Below, in pieces: positions 17,078 to 27,796 of a DNA stretch of 64,000 nucleotides. This DNA comes from Alphaproteobacteria bacterium (GTDB lineage Bacteria > Pseudomonadota > Alphaproteobacteria > JAWKYA01), in contig JAWKYA010000005.1 of the NCBI GenBank assembly GCA_041396725.1, positions 7,250 to 71,249 of the forward strand, given 5' to 3'. The notes below the pieces were generated by a model. The model was not told where the DNA came from and made no database searches. It worked only from the letters and a program-made list of their open reading frames with translations. Every line of letters starts with the position of its first letter. The stretch's first letter is position 1. The position numbers and the translations under genes are program-made.

Positions 17078-18793
17078 ATGTCATTTAATAAATCTAAATT
17101 ACCGAGCCGGTATACAAGTGTAGGTCCTGCAAGTGCACCACATCGTAGTTATTACTATGCAATGGGCATGACGGAAGCTGAGATTGCTCAACCTTTTGTG
17201 GGGGTTGCAACAACGTGGAATGAAGCGGCTCCTTGTAATATTACCTTAATGCGTCAGGCTCAGGTTGTGAAACGGGGTGTCAAAGCTGCAGGCGGTACGC
17301 CACGCGAATTCACCACCATAACTGTAACCGATGGCATCGCGATGGGCCACGCTGGCATGAAATCATCGCTGGTTAGCCGTGAAGTTATTGCAGACTCGGT
17401 TGAGTTAACCATGCGCGGTCATTGCTACGATGCTTTGGTAGGGCTTGCGGGATGCGACAAATCTCTCCCTGGCCTTATGATGGCGATGGTTCGTCTGAAT
17501 GTTCCTTCGGTCTTTATGTATGGAGGATCGATTCTGCCGGGCCGATACAAGGGTAAGGATATTACCGTACAGGATGTTTTTGAAGCTGTCGGAAAATTCT
17601 CGGGTGGAATGATCGATGAGAAAGAGCTTCACGAGATCGAATGCGTCGCTTGCCCTTCCGCTGGATCTTGCGGTGGCCAATTCACCGCTAACACTATGGC
17701 ATGTGTTTCTGAAGCGATAGGCCTCGCGCTACCGGGGTCTGCAGGCGCGCCCGCTCCTTATGAATCGCGAGATGCTTATGCAGAGGCAAGCGGCCAAGCA
17801 GTTATGAATCTCTTAAAACTTAAGTTGCGCCCTCGCGATATTGTAACCCGCAAGGCACTAGAAAATGCTGCGATGGTCGTTGCTGCATCGGGGGGCTCGA
17901 CTAATGCAGGTTTACACCTTCCGGCCATTGCCCACGAGGCAGGTATTAAGTTTGATCTCCATGATGTTTGTGAGATCTTTCACAAAACACCCTATATAGC
18001 TGACTTGAAACCAGGGGGCCGTTATGTTGCCAAGGATCTTTATGAGGTTGGCGGCGTCCCGATATTGATGAAGGCGCTTCTTGAGGGTGGATTCTTGCAC
18101 GGGGATTGCATCACTGTTACGGGGAAAACCATAGCGGAGAACTTAAAAGATGTTGTTCTCCCGGAAGACCAGGATGTTGTGCGCCCAACATCCAAGCCTT
18201 TGAGTCCAACAGGTGGTGTTGTTGGTTTAAAGGGTAATCTTGCACCCCAAGGGGCGATCGTAAAGGTCGCGGGAATGAAAGTACTAACTTTCTCTGGGCC
18301 TGCTCGGGTATTTGATACCGAAGAAGAGGCCTACAAGGCCGTTGCTGAGAAGAATTATAAACCTGGCGAGGTACTTGTTATTCGCTATGAGGGCCCGCGC
18401 GGTGGGCCGGGTATGCGCGAAATGCTGGCAACAACAGCGGCAATCTATGGTCAGGGTATGGGAGATAAGGTTGCTTTGATCACAGATGGTCGTTTCTCTG
18501 GCGCTACCCGCGGGTTTTGTGTCGGCCATGTTGGCCCCGAGGCGGCAGTGGGCGGTCCGATTGGTTTGTTAAAGAATGGCGACATGATCCATATCGATGC
18601 AGAAAAGGGGATTCTTGCTGTCGATGTACCGGAAGAGGAGTTTGATGAGCGGCGTAAGATATGGAAGCCGCGTAGCCATGACTATCAAGCTGGCGCCCTA
18701 TGGCGGTATGCACAAACTGTTGGTGATGCAGAGAAAGGCGCCGTTACACATCCGGGTGCAAAGGCTGAAACACATGTTTATGCAGATATTTAA
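17078..18793 (+). CDS. ilvD: Dihydroxy-acid dehydratase
   Basis: 571 aa, IlvD/Edd family: MRSD-like N-terminus, CDK(S)LPG, and [14 protein letters not shown] near the C-terminus. Confidence 0.95.
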   Translation: MSFNKSKLPSRYTSVGPASAPHRSYYYAMGMTEAEIAQPFVGVATTWNEAAPCNITLMRQAQVVKRGVKAAGGTPREFTTITVTDGIAMGHAGMKSSLVSREVIADSVELTMRGHCYDALVGLAGCDKSLPGLMMAMVRLNVPSVFMYGGSILPGRYKGKDITVQDVFEAVGKFSGGMIDEKELHEIECVACPSAGSCGGQFTANTMACVSEAIGLALPGSAGAPAPYESRDAYAEASGQAVMNLLKLKLRPRDIVTRKALENAAMVVAASGGSTNAGLHLPAIAHEAGIKFDLHDVCEIFHKTPYIADLKPGGRYVAKDLYEVGGVPILMKALLEGGFLHGDCITVTGKTIAENLKDVVLPEDQDVVRPTSKPLSPTGGVVGLKGNLAPQGAIVKVAGMKVLTFSGPARVFDTEEEAYKAVAEKNYKPGEVLVIRYEGPRGGPGMREMLATTAAIYGQGMGDKVALITDGRFSGATRGFCVGHVGPEAAVGGPIGLLKNGDMIHIDAEKGILAVDVPEEEFDERRKIWKPRSHDYQAGALWRYAQTVGDAEKGAVTHPGAKAETHVYADI

Positions 18794-19084
18794 GATAAAA
18801 GATTATAGCTATTATCTTTAGGAGCCATAATCCCAGCGAAGCGACCTTAGGCGGTAATCTCAATAGATGTATCGATTGTTATGCCCGTTCTTTGAAGCTG
18901 GGCTAGCAAATCTTTCCGATATCATTGCTTAAAAGTTGATGATGAAGAAGGGGATCTTGCTGAGGTTGAGGTTAAAGCAATTGATGTCTGTAGAAAAGGC
19001 GGCTGAGCGATCAATTCTTTATCCGAAATTGAAGGAGCCGTGAAGAGGCCAGCATCGTCACTTCCTTTGATGCACGCCAGTGGC

Positions 19085-19861
19085 TCAAGTAATATCGAGA
19101 TCGCACCACACTGGAGTATGATCAGAAGGGCGATCAAGTCCGCGAGGATCGCGGTCCACGCCCGCAGAAGTCAGTCGGTCGGCAGCCTGAGGGGACAAAA
19201 GAAGATGATCGATACGAAGGCCGTGATCGCGTTGCCATCGGCCAGCCTGGTAATCCCAATAACTATACATAGGTTCGTGCGGGTATAAGCTGCGGATCGC
19301 ATCGGTATATCCAAGATTAGCTATGCGCCGAAAGGCGGCTCGGGCTTCAGGACTGCAAAGAGCATCATCAGCCATAGCCCTTGGGTCGAAAGTATCTATA
19401 CCTTCGGGGCAGACATTATAGTCGCCACCCAAAATAACAGGGCGCTCTTCCGCGAGAAGCGTGATGGCGTGAAGGCGCAGACGCTCCATCCAGGTGAGCT
19501 TATAGCGGAATTTATCTGTATCTATGGGGTTTCCATTAGGCAAATAGATGGATGCAACAGTCATTTTTCCAGCAACATCAGCTTCGATATAACGAGCCTG
19601 TTCATCGTTGGTATCGCCAGGAAGCCGTATGATGCGAACGGTAAAGGGTTGGCGAGAGAGGATGGCAACCCCATTGTAACTTTTCTGCCCGACCACGGCG
19701 GCCTTATAGCCCAAGGCCTCGATCTCTAGGGCAGGGAAGTCTTCAGTAACGGTTTTAATTTCTTGAAGAAGTAAGACATCCGGGTGAACTGTTTTTAACC
19801 AATTTAAAAGGATCTCGAATCGGGTTTTAACCGAATTAACATTCCAAGTCGCGATTTTCAT
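19085..19861 (-). CDS. xthA: Exodeoxyribonuclease III
   Basis: 258 aa. MKIATWNVNS..., LQEIK, and the SDHTPV C-terminal motif of the EEP nuclease fold. Confidence 0.93.
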   Translation of the reverse strand: MKIATWNVNSVKTRFEILLNWLKTVHPDVLLLQEIKTVTEDFPALEIEALGYKAAVVGQKSYNGVAILSRQPFTVRIIRLPGDTNDEQARYIEADVAGKMTVASIYLPNGNPIDTDKFRYKLTWMERLRLHAITLLAEERPVILGGDYNVCPEGIDTFDPRAMADDALCSPEARAAFRRIANLGYTDAIRSLYPHEPMYSYWDYQAGRWQRDHGLRIDHLLLSPQAADRLTSAGVDRDPRGLDRPSDHTPVWCDLDIT

Positions 19862-19867
19862 GCAGAT

Positions 19868-20248
19868 TTAGATCGCGAAAGAGTTGCCGCAACCACAAGA
19901 AGAGGTTGCGTTTGGATTACGAATTTGAAAGGAAGCGCCGATCAATTCGTCCACATAATCGACTTCGGCCCCAGCTAAGAGCTCAAGAGATATCTCGTCG
20001 ACAACGACTCGCACGCCATTTTGCTCAAAAATAAGATCATCTCCTGTCGTTTCGCTATCGAAACTGAACCCATACTGGAACCCTGAGCATCCTCCCCCTG
20101 AAACCGAGATTCTCAGCATAAGATCTGGGTCATTTTCAGCAGAAAATAACACTGACAGCTGCTGCGCCGCCCGCGGGGAAATCAAGAGTTTCTGCGGAGA
20201 TTCGAGGGCTTTTTGTCGTGCCGTTTCGCGCTCTGCCAGGGCTGTCAT
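19868..20248 (-). CDS. erpA: Iron-sulfur cluster insertion protein (IscA/ErpA family)
   Basis: 126 aa. GGGCSGFQYGF and the C-terminal CGCGNSF(A)I cysteine motif. Confidence 0.9.
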   Translation of the reverse strand: MTALAERETARQKALESPQKLLISPRAAQQLSVLFSAENDPDLMLRISVSGGGCSGFQYGFSFDSETTGDDLIFEQNGVRVVVDEISLELLAGAEVDYVDELIGASFQIRNPNATSSCGCGNSFAI

Positions 20249-20376
20249 GTTGTCTCTCCTAGGACGGTCTCGTCCGTATCTTTCGTAATATAGGCGAAGT
20301 TAGCCATATTTGAACCATCTTGCTGAAGTTTAAAGTAAATCAGTACTGTGTCGGCCTTTGCCGTGACGGAATTCCT

Positions 20377-22143
20377 ATGGATATCTATAGACATTATCGT
20401 GACCACATCATGGAGGCCTTGAGTGCTATCGTTCAAGGCCTTGGAAGGGAAGAGGAAATTTCTTCGTTGGTAATAAGCCGATTTTCCGTAGAGCCGACCA
20501 AGGAAGTTGCCCATGGCGATCTGGCCTCAAATATTGCGATGATCGCAGCCAAGCCGTTAGGCTGTAAGCCTCACGATCTCGCGAAAGATATCGCGGCACG
20601 GTTACAGAAGGTTAGCGGCATCGCGAAGGTTGATATCGCCGGGCCAGGCTTCCTTAATTTAACTTTAAAAGATCAAATATGGCTCGATCGTATCCCAGAA
20701 ATTCTCTCTGTCGGCGATCAGTGGGGCGCTTCCGAATTTGGTCAGAAACAGATAGTCAATGTAGAATATGTCTCTGCCAATCCGACCGGTCCATTAACGG
20801 CAGGCCATGCGCGGGGCGCTGTTGTAGGAGATGCCTTGGCGGCGTTACTGCTGAAGACGGGATATCAAGTTATCAAGGAGTATTATGTCAATGATGCTGG
20901 GACCCAAGTGCAAGTCCTGGCCCAGTCGGCATATCTTCGCTATCGCGAAGCCTTGGGAGAAAAAATTGATGCTATTCCTTCGGGTCTTTACCCTGGTGAA
21001 TACCTTAAAGAGGTAGGGCAGGCTCTAGCCCAACGGGACGGGCGGAAATGGCTTAATACGGCGGAGACAGATTGGTTACCCGTTGTTCGCCAATTCACCG
21101 TCGATTTCTTGCTGGCCGAAATTAAAGCAGATTTACATTTGCTGGGGATTCAGCAGGATACATTTACTTCAGAGGCGGCCTTGGTGCGGACGCGTTGTGT
21201 TGACGATGCTTTAAAAGTCTTAGAAGACAACGATCTCATCTATGAGGGGATTTTAGAGCCACCTCGGGGTAAAACCCCTGAAGATTGGGAGCCACGTCCA
21301 CAGATATTATTTCGTGCAACCAAGTTCGGCGATGACGTTGATCGACCACTTAAGAAGTCTGATGGCACCTGGACATGTTTTGCACTCCGGATATTGCGTA
21401 CCATCTCGATAAGTATCATCGCGGCGCTAAATATATGATCGATGTTTGGGAAGCTGATCATGGTGGCTATATCAAACGTATGCGAGCCGCCGTTACTGCC
21501 ATTACGCAGGGCGCAGCTGGATTTGGATGTCAAGATTTGCCAAATGGTTCGAGTTCTCGACAAAGGTCAGCCTGTCAAGATGTCCAAGCGGGCGGGGACC
21601 TTCGTAACTTTACGCGATATTATCGAAGCTGTTGGCAAGGATGTTGTCCGCTTCATTATGTTAACGCGCAAAAATGATGCACCGCTAGATTTCGATTACG
21701 CGAAGGTCACGGAACAGTCTCGCGATAATCCTGTGTTTTATGTTCAATATGCCCATGCGCGGGCTTATTCCGCATTGCGGATAGCGACTGAGGCTTTTCC
21801 GGGAATAGATCTTAGATCCGAGTCGCTTCAAAAAGCCCCCTTACATCGCCTAACAGACTCGGATGAACTTGGCATCGTTAAGCTGGTGGCGGGATGGCCT
21901 CGGTTATTGGAATCAGCGGCGCAAACCCACGAGCCGCATCGTCTTGTTTTCTATCTCTTAGACATAGCGGCGGCATTTCACGGTCTATGGACGAAAGGTA
22001 AAGAGAATCCTGAGTTACGGTTTGTGGTACACTCGGATCGATCCTTAACGGAAGCTCGGTTGGCAATGGTTCTTGCCGTTGCGTATACCATTGCCTCGGG
22101 GTTACGAATTGTTGGTATTGAACCTGTGGAGGAGATGCGGTGA
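20377..22143 (+). pseudogene. argS: Arginine--tRNA ligase, with frame shifted out and back over about 150 nt (probably intact in vivo)
   Basis: Three track ORFs (20320..21438, 21375..21677, 21442..22143) carry consecutive ArgRS segments. The conserved [10 protein letters not shown]...[14 protein letters not shown] is only in the middle frame, and [12 protein letters not shown]...KMSKRAG is back in the first frame. The likely start is the ATG at 20377. Confidence 0.9.
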
Positions 22144-23327
22144 ATTTACGACGGGATGAGTACGATCTTGAACCCTTAGACGATTTTGATGATTTAGATG
22201 ACACAGAAGGAGGTAGTGCGCGTTCCCGTCGCGCACCATGGTTAGTGCCTGTTACGGTTCTTGTTGCTGTGATTGTTGTTGCAGGGGGTGGGGCTTTTGC
22301 TCTTAAAAGCTTTATGAAGCCTTCATCACGGAGCGCCGATGGGGCGCCACCTATTGTAAGGGCTGATGAAACGCCCACCAAAACGAAACCACAAGAACCA
22401 GGTGGCATGCAGATCGATAACCAAGATAAGACAATCTATAGCCAGATTGGTAATGGTGATGCGGCGCTTGTTCCCCCATCAGCGCAGACATCGGGCACCG
22501 GTACTTTGCCAGCGCCAGAGGCACCGTTACCAAGACCAGTAGCTCCGGAAGTCGCGACAACAGCACCTCCGGCACTCGCCATGTCTGCACCGACGTCGCC
22601 AGCGCCAGGCGAAGCACCACTTCCTTCAGCAGCACCAACCACGCCAGTTCAGGTAGCGCCAGTTGACAATGGTGCAGCACCAACCGCAGCAGGGTCGATG
22701 CCTACGGAAACGGTCGCTGTTCCGACCCTTCCAGGAACAACGACAGCGCCATCCCCATCCCCCACAGCTAGTGATCCGGCAGCGACGCCTCTCCCGCAAG
22801 GGACCACGAAAGAGCCTGTACCTTCGGCTGCAAGCACCATCCCTATCCCACCTGCGCCTCAGCCTGGTGGATCTGGGCGAACGCTAAGCCCACCTACGAT
22901 GGCCAGCTTGCCGCCTGCAGGGTCCGCACCGTTGCCTCCTACAATCGGGTCAACAGGGGGGAATCCACCATCGGCATCCTCTGCGGTAGCAGTGGCTGCA
23001 CCACCATCGACGCCGGCGCCTAAACCAGCGGCGACTAAAACATCAACTCCTGTTGTGACATCAGCGCCTACAGGTGGGGCAGGAAATACGCGGATTCAAA
23101 TAGGGGCATTTAGCTCTGAAAAAGAGGCGCAACAGTTTTGGACGGTTCGCCGAGCAAAGTATCCAGACTTATTGGGCAATCTCACTCTCCGCCTAGAACG
23201 GGTCGACAGTGGTCCCAAAGCCGGCTGGATTCGCGTTCAAGGCACAGGCCTAGCCAGCCGGGATGCAGCGCAATCTGTGTGCAGCTCTTTAAAAGCTAAA
23301 GGACAAGACTGCCTTGTCATCAAGTAA
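22140..23327 (+). CDS. SPOR-domain protein with a TM anchor and a long Pro/Ala/Thr-rich linker
   Basis: 395 aa. GTG start overlapping the argS stop (GTGA). TM helix [21 protein letters not shown]-terminal SPOR domain ([17 protein letters not shown]...GWIRVQ...). Confidence 0.85.
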   Translation: MNLRRDEYDLEPLDDFDDLDDTEGGSARSRRAPWLVPVTVLVAVIVVAGGGAFALKSFMKPSSRSADGAPPIVRADETPTKTKPQEPGGMQIDNQDKTIYSQIGNGDAALVPPSAQTSGTGTLPAPEAPLPRPVAPEVATTAPPALAMSAPTSPAPGEAPLPSAAPTTPVQVAPVDNGAAPTAAGSMPTETVAVPTLPGTTTAPSPSPTASDPAATPLPQGTTKEPVPSAASTIPIPPAPQPGGSGRTLSPPTMASLPPAGSAPLPPTIGSTGGNPPSASSAVAVAAPPSTPAPKPAATKTSTPVVTSAPTGGAGNTRIQIGAFSSEKEAQQFWTVRRAKYPDLLGNLTLRLERVDSGPKAGWIRVQGTGLASRDAAQSVCSSLKAKGQDCLVIK

Positions 23328-24354
23328 GGCAAGGACCGCGGCCATATTCGGGTGTATGGGACTGCATCTGTCCCCCGAGGAAAAGGCTTTTTTTGCTAAG
23401 GTAAGGCCGATTGGCCTTATCCTTTTTGCACGGAATTGCGCGACTCCCGAGCAAATTCGCACCTTGATTAACGAATTTCGCGCGGCTGTCGGTATGCCTC
23501 AAGCTTTGGTCTTAATTGACCAAGAAGGAGGGCGTGTACAGCGATTGCGCCCCCCATACTGGCGCGCATATCCTCCAGCCGCAGCCGCTGCGAATCTAGC
23601 TGCGAAAGATTTGAAACTGGGCAAACGCGCCACTTACCTACAAGCGCGTCTTATTGCTTCCGAGTTGCAGCTTCTCGGTATTTCAGTCGCATGCGCGCCG
23701 GTTCTCGATATCCCAATACCAGGAGCGCATGACGTTATTGGCGATCGAGCCTTGGGTTCTGATGCTGAAACGGTTGCTATGCTTGGAAGAGAGGTATGCG
23801 AAGGCTTACTCGATGGTGGTGTTCTGCCAGTATTGAAGCATATGCCTGGACATGGCCGGTCTCGGGTTGATAGTCATTTCGAGCTTCCGATCGTTGATGC
23901 TCCTGCAGCCGATTTAGCAAAAACGGATTTTCTCCCATTTCGTAAGTTGAACCCATACCCTTTAGGAATGACTGCCCATGTCGTATACACAGCATTTGAT
24001 GATCAGAACCCAGCGACAGTCTCAAATCGGATCATTTCTGAGATTATTCGAGGTGAAATTGGGTTCGATGGTCTATTGATGAGTGATGATTTATCCATGC
24101 GCGCCTTGAAAGGGGACTTTACAGATCGTGCTCGAAAGAGCCTTGATGCGGGATGTGATGTTATTTTGCACTGCAATGGCAATATGGGCGAGATGCAGGC
24201 GATTATTGGCGGAATTCACGACCTATCCGGGTTAAGCGCGCGCCGTCTCGAAAGAGCGCAAGCTCTTATAAAGCCTCCAAAGGCATTTGATGCCGAGGAG
24301 GCTTGGAATGAGTTATCCACCTTACTAGGGCTTGAGATGAGCGCCGCATCGTGA
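23314..24354 (+). CDS. nagZ: Beta-N-acetylhexosaminidase
   Basis: 346 aa, GH3 N-terminal domain: [19 protein letters not shown], and DGLLMSDDLSM. Confidence 0.9.
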   Translation: MSSSKARTAAIFGCMGLHLSPEEKAFFAKVRPIGLILFARNCATPEQIRTLINEFRAAVGMPQALVLIDQEGGRVQRLRPPYWRAYPPAAAAANLAAKDLKLGKRATYLQARLIASELQLLGISVACAPVLDIPIPGAHDVIGDRALGSDAETVAMLGREVCEGLLDGGVLPVLKHMPGHGRSRVDSHFELPIVDAPAADLAKTDFLPFRKLNPYPLGMTAHVVYTAFDDQNPATVSNRIISEIIRGEIGFDGLLMSDDLSMRALKGDFTDRARKSLDAGCDVILHCNGNMGEMQAIIGGIHDLSGLSARRLERAQALIKPPKAFDAEEAWNELSTLLGLEMSAAS

Positions 24355-24384
24355 TCATGTTGGCCGGGGAGGCCGGCAGTAAGA

Positions 24385-25215
24385 ATGTCTATTGATACAA
24401 GCTTTGAAGAACCGCGTTTGGATGGGCAACCCTCCGGGATTGAACTTGTTTTGGATCTTGAGGGATTCGAGGGTCCGATTGATCTTCTCTTGACTTTAGC
24501 TCGAGAGCAAAAGGTTGATTTGGCCCGGATTTCGATCCTTCAGCTTGCCGATCAATATCTGGAATTTATTGCAGGGGCACGCGCACTTAATCTTGATATT
24601 GCCGCAGAATACTTGGTCATGGCGGCGTGGCTTGCTTATCTGAAGTCGCGGCTTCTTCTCCCCGAAGAAGAAAAAAACGAAGACGAGCCATCCGGTGAGG
24701 AAATTGCAGCACTTCTCGCTTTTCAATTACGTCGCCTTGAGGCTATGCGGGAAGCTGGGGCGAAACTGATGGCCTTACCACAGCTAGGTCGTGATCGGTT
24801 TCCGCGCGGTGAGCCACAAGGTCTTGCGCGAATCGCTAAGCCGATTTGGCAAGCCTCTTTGTATGATCTTTTGCGTGCCTATGGCGATCATCGTAAGCGC
24901 ACGCAGCCAACTCAGCTCACCATAGCGCAGACAGAACTGTATTCTATCGATTTAGCGATACAGCGGTTGAGCTATATCATAGGTCATCTTCCGGATTGGG
25001 CGACCTTGGCAAGTTTCTTGCCGGCAGAGATAACGGATGTCTTAGTTTGGCGATCGGCTATAGCGGCTCATTTCGTTGCCAGTTTGGAACTAACGCGCGA
25101 AGGGAAGCTTGAATTACGCCAAGCGGATTCCTTTGGGCCAATTTGGCTGCGTGATCCTAGTGACATAAAAGGAAAGATGCCCTCTCATGATGTACCTGTT
25201 TCTGACCCTCATTAA
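24385..25215 (+). CDS. scpA: Segregation and condensation protein A
   Basis: 276 aa. FEGPIDLLLTLAREQKVDLARISILQLADQY is the typical ScpA N-terminus. Confidence 0.9.
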   Translation: MSIDTSFEEPRLDGQPSGIELVLDLEGFEGPIDLLLTLAREQKVDLARISILQLADQYLEFIAGARALNLDIAAEYLVMAAWLAYLKSRLLLPEEEKNEDEPSGEEIAALLAFQLRRLEAMREAGAKLMALPQLGRDRFPRGEPQGLARIAKPIWQASLYDLLRAYGDHRKRTQPTQLTIAQTELYSIDLAIQRLSYIIGHLPDWATLASFLPAEITDVLVWRSAIAAHFVASLELTREGKLELRQADSFGPIWLRDPSDIKGKMPSHDVPVSDPH

Positions 25216-25220
25216 TTCCA

Positions 25221-25997
25221 ATGTCTGATTCCGATCCTACATATTTACGCCTTGTTGAAGCACTGTTATTTGCTGCTAACCATCCCCTTGACCGAAAGGC
25301 GATTACGGCACGTTTGCCCGATGATGTAGATGTAGATGCGCTCTTACATGAGCTGGAAATCCAATATGCCGATCGAGGGGTCAACCTTGTAAAGATTGGA
25401 TCTAGCTGGGCATTCCGAACGGCGCCGGATTTGGGGACTCAGCTTAAGCTTGAAGTTGAGGTGCCTCGTAAGCTCTCGCGGGCAGCGATAGAAACCTTGG
25501 CTATCATTGCGTATCACCAACCTGTGACACGCGCTGAAATTGAGGAAGTCCGTGGTGTTGCCTTAAGTAAAGGTACTTTGGAAAATCTTCTAGAGGCCGG
25601 TTGGATTAGCCCAGGACGCCGCCGCCAAACGCCAGGGCGGCCTGTGACATGGGTTACGACCGAAGCTTTCCTCGGTCATTTTGGTCTTGCAACCTTAGAA
25701 GACTTGCCAGGTGTCGATGAACTGAAGGCTGCAGGGTTATTGGATCCGCGTCCAACGATTGCTACTATTGCTATGACCGATGCGGAAAGAATTCAGAGTG
25801 AGGGCGATCAAGCAGATATATTAGAGGAAGATCTCCCGACGCCCCTTTTGGATTTGATCGAAGACGGGGAAGAGAAGCAAGAATCAGAAGTTTCTGAAGA
25901 AGTGTCGGCAGCAGAAGAGCTGGATAATGAAGAGGAATATCCAACAGCTGAAATCATCGATCTTGACGAAGTCGGTGCGCGCAAACGCGGACGGTAG
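25221..25997 (+). CDS. scpB: Segregation and condensation protein B
   Basis: 258 aa. LVEALLFAANHPL..., LSRAAIETLAIIAYHQPVTRAEIEEVRGV, and an acidic tail. Confidence 0.9.
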   Translation: MSDSDPTYLRLVEALLFAANHPLDRKAITARLPDDVDVDALLHELEIQYADRGVNLVKIGSSWAFRTAPDLGTQLKLEVEVPRKLSRAAIETLAIIAYHQPVTRAEIEEVRGVALSKGTLENLLEAGWISPGRRRQTPGRPVTWVTTEAFLGHFGLATLEDLPGVDELKAAGLLDPRPTIATIAMTDAERIQSEGDQADILEEDLPTPLLDLIEDGEEKQESEVSEEVSAAEELDNEEEYPTAEIIDLDEVGARKRGR

Positions 25998-26029
25998 GTA
26001 CTACCCTAACAGCTGTCAGGATCAACAGA

Positions 26030-27106
26030 ATGTCTGATGTTGCGCTAGAACTACAAGGGGTCGCTCATCGATATGGCAAACTAGAGGCTGTGCGTGGCGT
26101 TTCGTTTCAGTTAAAGCCGGAGTCAGTAACCTGTCTCTTAGGTCCTTCAGGTTGTGGCAAAACGACAATTTTGCGCCTTATTGCAGGTTTGGAAGATATT
26201 CAGGTAGGGGATATTCTTATCAAAGGCCAGTCTGTTGTTAACTCAAAGGGTGCACTTGTTCCGCCAGAGCGTCGGGGTGTGGGGATTGTTTTTCAAGATT
26301 ATGCATTATTTCCACACCTTAGTGTTCGCGATAATATTGCATTTGGATTACCGCCAGGACCAGATCGATCGAATAGGGTCAGTGCAGCTTTAGAAGCCGT
26401 TCATATGCAAGATTATGCGATTGCCTTTCCCCATATGCTGTCTGGAGGGCAGCAACAGCGCGTTGCATTGGCTCGGGCCCTGGCGCCCCGACCGACGGTT
26501 CTCTTGCTAGATGAACCGTTTTCCGGACTTGACCGAGCGTTACGGGCGCGCGTGCGCGACCAAACTTTACATATCCTAAAACAAAGCGGCATTGCGACAC
26601 TGATTGTTACCCATGATCCTGAAGAAGCTATGTTTATGGCCGATCATTTGGCTGTTATGCGCGAGGGAAGAATCGTGCAGCAAGGAACACCAACAGAACT
26701 CTATTTTCATCCTATCGATCCGTTCGTTGCGGGGTTTCTAGGTGAAATTAATGATCTGTCAGGTCAAGTCGTCGCAGGGAATGTGGCAACACCCTTTGGT
26801 GTCGTTCCTGCTATGAACTTAGCTGAAGGAACGCAAGTACGTATCTTGATACGGCCTGAAGCGTTAAGGTTAACGGCGATTACAGGTGAGCCACCCACCG
26901 GCGACGCTTGCCAAGGGCGAATTGTCGCGGCGCGGTTTCTTGGCCGTACAAGTCTTCTGCATCTCGATATAGAGGGCATTATGGGGATGCGGGCGCATAT
27001 GCATGCACGTACGTCAGGGAGCTTTTTACCTCAGGAAGGGACCCGTGTGGAAATTACCGTAGATCGGCAGCAAATCTTTATTTTCCCAGCTGCACACCCC
27101 ATTTAA
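26030..27106 (+). CDS. ABC transporter ATP-binding protein (PotA/FbpC/CysA-like with a C-terminal TOBE-type domain); no adjacent permease
   Basis: Walker A GPSGCGKTT, LSGGQQQRVALARAL, LLLDEPFSGLD, and a C-terminal beta-rich ~110 aa. Confidence 0.88.
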   Translation: MSDVALELQGVAHRYGKLEAVRGVSFQLKPESVTCLLGPSGCGKTTILRLIAGLEDIQVGDILIKGQSVVNSKGALVPPERRGVGIVFQDYALFPHLSVRDNIAFGLPPGPDRSNRVSAALEAVHMQDYAIAFPHMLSGGQQQRVALARALAPRPTVLLLDEPFSGLDRALRARVRDQTLHILKQSGIATLIVTHDPEEAMFMADHLAVMREGRIVQQGTPTELYFHPIDPFVAGFLGEINDLSGQVVAGNVATPFGVVPAMNLAEGTQVRILIRPEALRLTAITGEPPTGDACQGRIVAARFLGRTSLLHLDIEGIMGMRAHMHARTSGSFLPQEGTRVEITVDRQQIFIFPAAHPI

Positions 27107-27187
27107 TTGCAGGGTCATGACTCATCTGCCATGATCCAAGTTCGTTAGGCAGGTCTAGCAGGTTTACCTTAGGGATTGAGGCATAAA

Positions 27188-27406
27188 ATGGGTTCTTTTA
27201 GCATCTGGCATTGGCTGATCGTCTTGATGGTGGTTTTGGTACTCTTTGGCGGTAGCGGGAAGATATCGAGTTTGATGGGCGACTTTGGTCGTGGCCTTAA
27301 GGCTTTTAAACGGTCCGTTAAGGAAGATGATCCAGAGACCAGATCAATCGACGACGATAAAAACTCTGGTAAAAGATCGGGCGATAAGACATCGGCTGGC
27401 GGTTAG
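27188..27406 (+). CDS. tatA: Twin-arginine translocase subunit TatA
   Basis: [41 protein letters not shown]. The track start (TTG 27176) is less likely than the ATG at 27188. Confidence 0.9.
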   Translation: MGSFSIWHWLIVLMVVLVLFGGSGKISSLMGDFGRGLKAFKRSVKEDDPETRSIDDDKNSGKRSGDKTSAGG

Positions 27407-27439
27407 TTTCTCTGACAGTGCCGACTTGAGGCAAAGAAT

Positions 27440-27796
27440 ATGTTCGACATCGGCTGGCAAGAATTATTCGTTATTGCCGTTGTCGCATTAGCGGTAATTG
27501 GCCCCAAAGATCTTCCCAGAGTTCTAAAGACCGTCATGACTGGCCTCGCAAAAATGCGTCATCTTGCTCAAGAATTTCGCACGGGCGTTGATGAGGTTAT
27601 TCGTGAGGCGGAGCTAGAGGATCTCAAACGTCACTTAGAAAAGACAGCCAATGCACAAGATATTGGTGGTAAAATAAAAGCAGAGATCGATCCTTCGGGT
27701 AAATTTGAACGCGAAATAGAGTCATCCCTTAAAGATGCTAAAATCGCAACCGATCTTAAGCCACAGACGGACCCTGTAAAAGATACGGATCGATGA
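27440..27796 (+). CDS. tatB: Twin-arginine translocase subunit TatB
   Basis: MFDIGWQELFVIAVVALAVIGPKDLPRVLK, followed by an amphipathic helix. Confidence 0.9.
   Translation: MFDIGWQELFVIAVVALAVIGPKDLPRVLKTVMTGLAKMRHLAQEFRTGVDEVIREAELEDLKRHLEKTANAQDIGGKIKAEIDPSGKFEREIESSLKDAKIATDLKPQTDPVKDTDR

Noticed and set aside
18797-18820. AT-rich near-perfect palindrome aaagattatagctattatcttt right after the ilvD stop, as a possible terminator
   Set aside because: The stem is almost entirely A/T with no loop and no following U-run, so it is too weak to call.
18922-19137. 71-aa minus-strand ORF in the ilvD-xthA spacer
   Set aside because: It overlaps the last 53 nt of xthA. The product is Ser-rich and low-complexity, it has no convincing RBS, and I recognise no family.
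22351-22887. Several 60-110 aa ORFs on both strands inside the Pro/Ala/Thr-rich part of the SPOR-protein gene
   Set aside because: They overlap a well-supported gene (TM anchor plus C-terminal SPOR domain). They arise from GC-rich, stop-poor, low-complexity sequence and have no motifs or independent start signals.
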